Positions 18,485 through 25,033 of a DNA stretch of 64,000 nucleotides are shown one piece after another. The stretch lies in the NCBI GenBank assembly GCA_937923795.1, contig CALDWI010000002.1, positions 11,406 through 75,405 of the forward strand. The letters run 5' to 3'. The stretch is from an uncultured Collinsella sp. GTDB lineage: Bacteria; Actinomycetota; Coriobacteriia; Coriobacteriales; Coriobacteriaceae. The notes under the pieces are model-generated. The model was not told the origin of the DNA and searched no databases. It was given only the letters and a program-made list of their open reading frames with translations. Made by a program: the position numbers and the translations under genes. Each line of letters opens with the position of its first letter. Position 1 is the first letter of the stretch.

Positions 18485-18745
18485 ATGAGCAGAAGTCTCA
18501 AAAAGGGCCCGTTCGTGGAGACTCGCCTTCTCTCGCGTATCACCGCGATGAACGAGGCTGGCAAGAAGGACGTCGTGAAGACCTGGTCCCGCGCGTCCAC
18601 TATCTTCCCCGAGATGGTTGGTCACACCATCGCCGTCCACGACGGCCGCAAGCATGTGCCCGTGTATGTTACCGAGTCCATGGTTGGTCACAAGCTCGGC
18701 GAGTTCGCGCCGACTCGTACGTTCCGTGGCCACAAGGCCAAATAG
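18485..18745 (+). CDS. rpsS: 30S ribosomal protein S19 (uS19)
   Basis: [10 protein letters not shown]...[13 protein letters not shown]...[13 protein letters not shown]. Confidence 0.96.
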   Translation: MSRSLKKGPFVETRLLSRITAMNEAGKKDVVKTWSRASTIFPEMVGHTIAVHDGRKHVPVYVTESMVGHKLGEFAPTRTFRGHKAK

Positions 18746-18759
18746 GGGGTTAACCGTAA

Positions 18760-19131
18760 ATGGCAACTAAGTCTATTGAAACTGAGGCCACCGAGGTTCG
18801 CGCCGTCGCTAAGTACGTGCGTGTTTCCCCCAGCAAGGCCCGCCTGGTGGTCGATCTGATCCGCCGCAAGCCTGTCGCTCAGGCCTTCGACATCCTCCAC
18901 TTCTGCGACCGCGCCGTCGCCGTGGATGTCGAGAAGGTTCTCCGTTCCGCCGTTGCGAACGCCGAGAACAACAACGGTCTGCGTGCCGACAACCTGGTTG
19001 TCGCCGCTGCCTATGTTGACGAGGGTCCGACGCTTAAGCGCATCCGTCCCCGCGCCAAGGGTTCCGCTTCTCGCATTCTGAAGCGTACTTCCCACATCAC
19101 CGTCGTCGTTGCTTCTCGAAAGGAGGCGTAA
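18760..19131 (+). CDS. rplV: 50S ribosomal protein L22 (uL22)
   Basis: [21 protein letters not shown]...RIRPRAKG. Confidence 0.95.
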   Translation: MATKSIETEATEVRAVAKYVRVSPSKARLVVDLIRRKPVAQAFDILHFCDRAVAVDVEKVLRSAVANAENNNGLRADNLVVAAAYVDEGPTLKRIRPRAKGSASRILKRTSHITVVVASRKEA

Positions 19132-19137
19132 AGCTGT

Positions 19138-19848
19138 ATGGGTCAGAAAGTCTACCCCACCGGCTTCCGTCTTGGCATCACCGAGAACTGGCGCTCCCGC
19201 TGGTTCGCAGAGAAGGATTACGCTAAGACCCTCGGTAACGATCTCGAGATCCGCAAGTACCTCGAGAAGCGTCTTTCCCGCGCAGCTGTCTCCCGCGTCG
19301 AGATCGAGCGCGCTGGCGACAAGGTGAAGGTCATCATCCTCACCGCTCGCCCTGGCGTTGTCATCGGTAAGAAGGGTGCCGAGATCGATACCCTCCGCAC
19401 CGAGCTCGAGAAGGTCGCTGGCGTCTCCAAGGGCCAGCTCTCCGTCGACGTTGTCGAGATCAAGCGCCCCGAGCTCGACGCCAACCTCGTTGCTCAGTCT
19501 ATCGCCGAGCAGCTCGAGGGCCGCGTTGCCTTCCGTCGCGCTATGCGCAAGGCTGTCCAGTCCGCCCGCAAGGCCGGCGCTAAGGGCATCCGTATCCAGT
19601 GCTCCGGTCGTCTCGGCGGTGCCGAGATGGGCCGTCGTGAGTGGTACCGTGAGGGTCGCGTGCCTCTGCACACCCTCCGTGCCAAGATCGACTACGGCAC
19701 GGCTGTCGCCAGCACCACCATGGGCGCTTGCGGCGTGAAGGTCTGGATCTACCTGGGCGAGAAGCTCCCGGGCCAGCCTGTTCCCAACCCTGCACTCGAG
19801 GGCTCTTCCCGTCCTCGTCGTCGTAACTCCGAGAGGAGGGGTCAGTAG
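19138..19848 (+). CDS. rpsC: 30S ribosomal protein S3 (uS3)
   Basis: [14 protein letters not shown]...KH domain...[10 protein letters not shown]. Confidence 0.96.
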   Translation: MGQKVYPTGFRLGITENWRSRWFAEKDYAKTLGNDLEIRKYLEKRLSRAAVSRVEIERAGDKVKVIILTARPGVVIGKKGAEIDTLRTELEKVAGVSKGQLSVDVVEIKRPELDANLVAQSIAEQLEGRVAFRRAMRKAVQSARKAGAKGIRIQCSGRLGGAEMGRREWYREGRVPLHTLRAKIDYGTAVASTTMGACGVKVWIYLGEKLPGQPVPNPALEGSSRPRRRNSERRGQ

Positions 19849-20351
19849 TGCTTGCCCCTAAGCGTATTCTTCACCGCAAGGTGCAGCGTGGCTCCATGAA
19901 GGGCCAGGCCAAGGGTAATACCGAGCTGCATTTCGGCGAGTTTGGTATCCAGGCTCTCGAGGCCCATTGGATCACCAACCGTCAGATCGAGGCCGCTCGT
20001 ATTGCCATGACCCGCTACATGAAGCGTGGCGGTCGTGTCTACATCACGATCTTCCCCGATAAGCCTATCACCAAGAAGCCTGCCGAGACTCGCATGGGTT
20101 CTGGTAAGGGTAACCCCGAGGAGTGGGTGGCCGTCGTCAAGCCCGGCCGCATCATGTTCGAGGTCAAGGGCGTGCCCGAGGAGGTCGCTCGCGAGGCTCT
20201 GCGTCTTGCACAGCACAAGCTTCCCATCAAGACCAAGATTGTTGCTGCCAAGAACGCTGAGCAGCGCATCGAGAAGGAGATGGCTGAGGAGGCCGCTCTC
20301 GAGGCCAAGTGGGCTGCTGAGGACGCCGCCGCCGCCAAGGAGGAGAACTAA
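19848..20351 (+). CDS. rplP: 50S ribosomal protein L16 (uL16) with a ~30 aa acidic/Ala-rich C-terminal extension; GTG start
   Basis: [11 protein letters not shown]...[11 protein letters not shown]...KLPIKTKIV, then [35 protein letters not shown]. Confidence 0.93.
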   Translation: MLAPKRILHRKVQRGSMKGQAKGNTELHFGEFGIQALEAHWITNRQIEAARIAMTRYMKRGGRVYITIFPDKPITKKPAETRMGSGKGNPEEWVAVVKPGRIMFEVKGVPEEVAREALRLAQHKLPIKTKIVAAKNAEQRIEKEMAEEAALEAKWAAEDAAAAKEEN

Positions 20352-20566
20352 TGAAGCCCGCAGAGATTCGTGAGCTCTCGGACGCTCAGCTCGTTGAGAA
20401 GCTGAAGGAAATGCGCGCCGAGCTCTTTAACCTTCGTTTCCAGATGGCCACCAGCCAGCTGGACAACACCGCTCGCGTCAACACCGTGAAGAAGGACATC
20501 GCTCGCGTCCTCACGGAGCAGCGCGCCCGCGAGATCGCAGCGGAGAAGTCCGCTGTCGCCGAGTAG
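20351..20566 (+). CDS. rpmC: 50S ribosomal protein L29 (uL29)
   Basis: LVEKLKEMRAELFNLRFQMATSQL. Confidence 0.93.
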   Translation: MKPAEIRELSDAQLVEKLKEMRAELFNLRFQMATSQLDNTARVNTVKKDIARVLTEQRAREIAAEKSAVAE

Positions 20567-20582
20567 GACCTAAGGAGAGAAC

Positions 20583-20843
20583 ATGACTGATTCGCGTAAC
20601 TCGCGTAAGGTCCGTACGGGTGTCGTTACCTCCGTCTCCGGTGCCAAGACCATTGTTGTCACCATCACCGAGCGCAAGCGTCACCCCAAGTACGGCAAGA
20701 TGATGACCAGCTCCAAGAAGCTGCACGCTCACGACGAGGAGTGCACGGCTGGCGTGGGCGACACCGTCCGCGTTATGGAGACCCGTCCTATGTCCAAGAT
20801 GAAGCGTTGGCGCCTCATCGAGGTCGTCGAGCGCGCTAAATAA
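20583..20843 (+). CDS. rpsQ: 30S ribosomal protein S17 (uS17)
   Basis: RKVRTGVVTSVSGAKTIVVTI...HPKYGK...HDE...GD.V...RPMSK.KRW. Confidence 0.95.
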   Translation: MTDSRNSRKVRTGVVTSVSGAKTIVVTITERKRHPKYGKMMTSSKKLHAHDEECTAGVGDTVRVMETRPMSKMKRWRLIEVVERAK

Positions 20844-20961
20844 GCAGTCGCTCATACGACTTGTACGTTTCCGAAGATGTGCGTATGCCTGGCTTGCATA
20901 CCACGGGCCGTATAAAGGCTGCGCACCTCTCTTCGGTTCTTAGTTCGGAGGAACATCTACC

Positions 20962-21330
20962 ATGATTCAGATGCAAACCATGCTGAACGTCGCCGACAAC
21001 TCCGGCGCTCGCAAGATTCGCTGCATCAAGGTGCTTGGCGGTTCCAAGCGTCGTTATGCAGGCATCGGCGATGTGTTCATCGGTGCTGTCCAGGAGGCTA
21101 CCCCTGGCGCCAACGTCAAGAAGAAGGACGTTGTCCGTTGCGTCGTCGTTCGCACCGTTAAGGAGATCCGCCGCAAGGATGGCTCCTACATTCGCTTTGA
21201 TGAGAACGCCTGCGTTGTCATCAACAACGATGGTTCGCCCGTCGGCACCCGTATCTTCGGGCCTGTCGCTCGCGAGCTTCGTGACAAGAAGTACATGAAG
21301 ATCGTCTCGCTCGCTCCCGAGACCCTGTAG
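20962..21330 (+). CDS. rplN: 50S ribosomal protein L14 (uL14)
   Basis: [28 protein letters not shown]. Confidence 0.97.
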   Translation: MIQMQTMLNVADNSGARKIRCIKVLGGSKRRYAGIGDVFIGAVQEATPGANVKKKDVVRCVVVRTVKEIRRKDGSYIRFDENACVVINNDGSPVGTRIFGPVARELRDKKYMKIVSLAPETL

Positions 21331-21343
21331 TTAGGGGAGATAT

Positions 21344-21649
21344 ATGTATATCAAGAAGGGCGATAAGGTCCAGGTTCTCTCTGGTAAGGATCGCGGCAAG
21401 CAGGGCGTTGTCCTGCGTGCTCTCCCCGCCGAGAACAAGGTCGTTGTCGAGGGCGTTTCGGTCGTCAAGAAGGCCGTCAAGCCCAACGCTGCCAACCAGC
21501 AGGGCGGCATCGTTTCGCAGGAGGCCCCCATCGACGCCTCCAACGTCAATCTCGTTTGCCCCGAGTGCGGTAAGGTTACCCGCGTCGGTCACGAGAAGGA
21601 CGGCAAGAACAAGCTGCGCGTCTGCAAGAAGTGCGGCCACAAGTTCTAA
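21344..21649 (+). CDS. rplX: 50S ribosomal protein L24 (uL24), with a Cys4 (CxxC-x18-CxxC) C-terminal segment
   Basis: KOW motif [22 protein letters not shown]-terminus reads [30 protein letters not shown]. Confidence 0.93.
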   Translation: MYIKKGDKVQVLSGKDRGKQGVVLRALPAENKVVVEGVSVVKKAVKPNAANQQGGIVSQEAPIDASNVNLVCPECGKVTRVGHEKDGKNKLRVCKKCGHKF

Positions 21650-21676
21650 GCTGCCCGCAACATCAAGTTGCTAGTA

Positions 21677-21711
21677 AAGGCCCGGATGCCAAGGCACCCG
21701 GGCCTTTTTCT
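21677..21711 (+). terminator. Rho-independent terminator after rplX
   Basis: aaggcccgg-atgccaaggcac-ccgggcctt followed by tttt. Confidence 0.8.
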
Positions 21712-21730
21712 ATCCCTACTCATTGGGGAC

Positions 21731-21905
21731 AGACTTAAATGAGTAGTCGTTGGGGACGTTCTTAAACGGCTAGTTGATGGGGACAGTCTTTAGATTTGTT
21801 TATCTGGTCATCTGGGATAGGCTTCAACGAAAGCGGCACATAGGGACTGTCTCTAGGTGCCGGCACATAGGGACGTTCCCTTTTTGCCGGCAGTTTGGGA
21901 CGGTC
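21731..21905. repeat. Iteron-like array: about 7 degenerate tandem units (~27 bp period) with core T(G)GGGAC-N4-5-CTT
   Basis: Cores read at about 21735, 21752, 21779, 21814, 21844, 21870 and 21897. Several units are bracketed by short inverted repeats (ctactca/tgagtag, ggcac/gtgcc). Confidence 0.6.
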
Positions 21906-21995
21906 CTTTGATGTCTGATGCCCTCAGAGGGGTGGAGTATCACGGCCTACTCTGTTCTTTAGGGCTTTGGTGTTCCGCCTCTTTATGCTTCACAA

Positions 21996-22140
21996 GGATC
22001 GTCGCATGCGCATTTATGCGCATAGTTTTGCCCGACAATGCGCATAACTGCGCAAACATCTGCCAACTATGGCTAAATAATGACCGACAAGCAAATAAAT
22101 ACGCAAACACGAGCAGATACGCGCGCAATTGTGCGAATAT
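21996..22140. promoter_or_regulatory. AT-rich promoter region with 5-6 copies of a TGCGCA(T/A)A motif upstream of the oxidoreductase gene
   Basis: gcatgcgcatttatgcgcata, aatgcgcataactgcgcaaac, atacgcaaac, atacgcgcgcaattgtgcgaata. Confidence 0.35.
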
Positions 22141-22186
22141 AGGGTTGTTAGAAATGAAGGACTTCCGATGACTTAGGAGGCACATC

Positions 22187-23266
22187 ATGGCAGATTCCAA
22201 ACAGGCTCCGCTCGACGCCGAAGCAGCCGCTAAGGCGGCATTCGCCTCGGTCCAGGATCAGCCGTTCCCCGACGATATTTTTACGGCTCCCGAGCTTCGT
22301 TGGACTGTGATCGGGTGCGGCGTTATCGCCAACCAGATGGCCCAGTCTCTCGCTCTTGCCGGCCGCAAGCTTGCGGGCGTTGCCAACCGCACTCTGTCCA
22401 AGGCTCAAGCTTTTGCAGAGCAGTATGGCGTTGAGAAGGTCTATGAAACGGTCGAGGACCTCTACGCCGATCCGAACATTGACGCGGTCTATATCACCAC
22501 GCCGCACAACACGCATATCACCTACCTGCGCGCCGCTCTGTCAGCTGGCAAGCACGTGCTTTGCGAGAAGGCCATTACCCTCAACTCCGCCGAGCTCGAC
22601 GAGGCGCGAGCCATTGCCGACGAGCACAACGTGGTCCTCATGGACGCCACTACGGTGCTCCACATGCCCTTGTATCAGGAGCTGCACCGCCGCATGGATG
22701 CCGGCGAGTTTGGCCACATGAACCTTGCTCAGCTCAACTTTGGTAGCTATAAGGAGTACGGCGATCTGACCAATCGCTTCTACAACCGTAGTCTCGCCGG
22801 CGGCGCCATGCTCGACATTGGCGTGTATGCCCTGTCTGTCATGCGCCTGTTTATGGCCAGCCAACCCGCTGAGGTTGTCTCGCTGGGCAACACCTGTGAG
22901 ACCGGCGTTGACGTCGCGAGTGGCATTGTCTGCCGTAACGCCGAGCAGCAGCTGGGCGTGGTGAGTCTTACGCTCCACTCCAAGCAGCCCAAGCGTTCGG
23001 TTATCAGCTTCGACAAGTGCTATATCGAGGTCAACGAGTATCCGCGCGCCGACCATGCGACCATCGTGTGGACTGCGGACGGTCGCCGTGAGGAGGTCCA
23101 CGCTGGCACCGAGGCATACGCTCTGTGCTACGAGATGGCCGACCTGGAGAAGGCCGTTGCCGGCGATGATTTGAAGTGCGAGCTTCTGGGCTATGCTTCT
23201 GATGTTATGGAGCTGATGACCAAGCTTCGCGCCGACTGGGGAGTTGTGTACCCCGAGGAGGAGTAA
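22187..23266 (+). CDS. Gfo/Idh/MocA family NAD(P)-dependent oxidoreductase
   Basis: N-terminal Rossmann RWTVIGCGVIAN and the signature HVLCEKAITL (EKP-like motif). AGGAGG RBS. Confidence 0.85.
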   Translation: MADSKQAPLDAEAAAKAAFASVQDQPFPDDIFTAPELRWTVIGCGVIANQMAQSLALAGRKLAGVANRTLSKAQAFAEQYGVEKVYETVEDLYADPNIDAVYITTPHNTHITYLRAALSAGKHVLCEKAITLNSAELDEARAIADEHNVVLMDATTVLHMPLYQELHRRMDAGEFGHMNLAQLNFGSYKEYGDLTNRFYNRSLAGGAMLDIGVYALSVMRLFMASQPAEVVSLGNTCETGVDVASGIVCRNAEQQLGVVSLTLHSKQPKRSVISFDKCYIEVNEYPRADHATIVWTADGRREEVHAGTEAYALCYEMADLEKAVAGDDLKCELLGYASDVMELMTKLRADWGVVYPEEE

Positions 23267-23269
23267 GCG

Positions 23270-24016
23270 ATGCTTGCGGAAGATAGGCTCAACGCGATCG
23301 TGTCGATGGTGCAGCGAGCCGGCTCGGTTACCGTGCCGGAACTTGCTGAGGCCCTGGGCGTGACGGCGTCTACCATTCGGCGCGACCTGCAGACGCTCGA
23401 CCGAGCGCACCGCATCGCCAAGGTCCACGGTGGGGCGACGAGTCTTGAGCGCGCGCACGTGACGCGCGACCTAACGCTTAATGAGCGCAGCGACCTCCAT
23501 AACGATGACAAGGAGCGTATCTGCGCCCGTGCGGCGGCGCTTGTGGAGCCTGAGAGCTTTGTATACATCGACTCGGGCTCGACGACGCTCAGGCTCATCG
23601 AGCATCTTCCGCACCTTGAAGATGTCACCTATGTGACCGATTCCGTGCTCCATGCTCAGCGCCTTGCTTTGCGCGGCATGCGTACCGTGGTGCTGGGCGG
23701 CGAGCTCAAACCCGAGACCGAGGCGCTCGTTGGCCCCGATGCCTTGGCAACCTTAGACCGCTACAACTTCAACTGTGGCTTTTGGGGCTCTAACGGCATT
23801 GCCGCCGAGCAGGGCTTCACGGCGCCCGATATCGAGGAAGCACAGGTCAAGCGTATCTCGATGCGCCATACCGCCAAACGCTTTGTAATCTCGGACGCCA
23901 GTAAATTTGGCATGGTGGCGCCCGTCAAGTTCGCGGACTTCCGCGACGCAACGATTATCACTGCGGGCGAGGTCCCCGCCAAGTACCGGGCAATGGACAA
24001 CGTCATCACTGTCTAA
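23270..24016 (+). CDS. DeoR/GlpR family transcriptional regulator
   Basis: N-terminal wHTH VTVPELAEALGVTASTIRRDLQTL plus a C-terminal DeoR sugar-phosphate sensor domain. Confidence 0.88.
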   Translation: MLAEDRLNAIVSMVQRAGSVTVPELAEALGVTASTIRRDLQTLDRAHRIAKVHGGATSLERAHVTRDLTLNERSDLHNDDKERICARAAALVEPESFVYIDSGSTTLRLIEHLPHLEDVTYVTDSVLHAQRLALRGMRTVVLGGELKPETEALVGPDALATLDRYNFNCGFWGSNGIAAEQGFTAPDIEEAQVKRISMRHTAKRFVISDASKFGMVAPVKFADFRDATIITAGEVPAKYRAMDNVITV

Positions 24017-24030
24017 CAGCGAGACAAGGC

Positions 24031-24070
24031 CAAAACCACCACGAAGGTGCCTGTCCCCATTGTGGTGGTT
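24031..24070. repeat. Copy 1 of a 40-nt hairpin repeat (second copy at 24320-24359, 39/40 identical)
   Basis: caaaaccaccacGaaggtgcctgtccccattgtggtggtt. It has a 9-bp stem aaccaccac/gtggtggtt and a U-tract on the minus strand. Confidence 0.85.
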
Positions 24071-24100
24071 AGTAACGAAAACCGAGTAGTTTTCTCAATA

Positions 24101-24140
24101 GAAAAGCGGCAACGTCCATCACGGGCGTTGCCGCTTTCGT
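24101..24140. terminator. GC-rich hairpin usable as a terminator in either direction
   Basis: agcggcaacg-tccatcacggg-cgttgccgct, flanked by gaaaa on the left and tttcgtt on the right. Confidence 0.5.
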
Positions 24141-24158
24141 TGTCTGCCGGTTTGTCTA

Positions 24159-24296
24159 AGTCTGTAACAACTGGACCGTTAAAAGTGGGCTAGGTGTTAC
24201 AGATTGAGATTTTCCCTTAAGGGGGATTTGAATGTCTCGATCTGTAACAGATAGACCGGAAAATGGGTTCTAACTGTTACAGATCGAGACATTTTG
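24159..24296 (+). repeat. Tandem pair of long hairpin units (stems TCTGTAACA/TGTTACAGA) with similar loops, each ending in TTTT
   Basis: Unit A spans 24161-24203. Unit B has a perfect 20-bp inverted repeat (24231-24250 / 24274-24293). Loops are actggaccgttaaaagtgggctagg versus atagaccggaaaatgggttctaa. Confidence 0.7.
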
Positions 24297-24319
24297 GGAC
24301 CGCGGTTGAACCATTGCGG

Positions 24320-24358
24320 CAAAACCACCACAAAGGTGCCTGTCCCCATTGTGGTGGT
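24320..24358 (-). terminator. Intrinsic terminator of the RluA-family gene (copy 2 of the 40-nt hairpin repeat)
   Basis: The hairpin starts immediately after the stop codon (24359-24361, minus strand) and is followed by a UUUU run on the minus strand. Confidence 0.7.
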
Positions 24359-25018
24359 TTAGGGCTCCCAGGGGCAGGGGGCTTCGATGTGGATGTGCTC
24401 GCCGGTTACGGGATGCGTGAAGGACACGCTGTGGGCATGGAGCATCAGGCCGCAGGGACGCGGCGTGCCGTAGAGCTCGTCGCCTACCAGGGGATGACGC
24501 TCGCTCGCCAGATGTACACGGATTTGGTGCTTGCGGCCGGTGAGCAGCTCGACATCGATATACGAACGCGTGGGCAGGCCACGACGGCTCTTAAGACGCT
24601 TGAGCACCTTCACGCGCGTTTGAGACGGCTTGCCGCTGGCGCCGACGCGCATCTTGCGGCTGTCGTGACGGTCGCGGGCGATGGGCTTGTCGATGAGCTT
24701 TTCGTTCCAGTCGATCTTGCCCTCGGCGAGCGCCAGGTAGTGCTTTTCGAAAGCGTGGTCGATGACCATCTGGTCAAAGGCGGGCTGCGTCTGCTTGTCG
24801 AGCGAAAACAACACCACGCCGGTGGTGTCACGGTCCAGGCGGTTGAGCGGCTGCATGTCGGTCGCGGCAAAGCCGTCGCCCATGGCCAGCAACAGGTCGC
24901 TAGCGTAGTCGGTAAGTGTGCGCTCGCCGGTGCCGTCGCCGTGGACGATCATGCCGGCGGGCTTGTCGATGGCCATGAGCCAAGCGTCGCAGTAGAGGAC
25001 TTGAGGTTCTTCGTTCAC
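24359..25018 (-). CDS. RluA-family pseudouridine synthase
   Basis: LNRLDRDTTGVVLFS catalytic Asp motif and a HQIRVHLA motif. Confidence 0.88.
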   Translation of the reverse strand: MNEEPQVLYCDAWLMAIDKPAGMIVHGDGTGERTLTDYASDLLLAMGDGFAATDMQPLNRLDRDTTGVVLFSLDKQTQPAFDQMVIDHAFEKHYLALAEGKIDWNEKLIDKPIARDRHDSRKMRVGASGKPSQTRVKVLKRLKSRRGLPTRSYIDVELLTGRKHQIRVHLASERHPLVGDELYGTPRPCGLMLHAHSVSFTHPVTGEHIHIEAPCPWEP

Positions 25019-25033
25019 GTGTAAGCCTTTCGG

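Noticed and set aside
21731-21905. Possible CRISPR array
   Set aside because: The repeats are short, degenerate and irregularly spaced (17-34 bp). There are no unique spacers of constant length and no cas genes in the window.
21857-22171. 104-aa ORF in the AT-rich region upstream of the oxidoreductase
   Set aside because: It has a GTG start with no RBS, and its codon usage and GC3 differ from all neighbouring genes. It also overlaps repeat motifs. The region is better explained as promoter/operator DNA.
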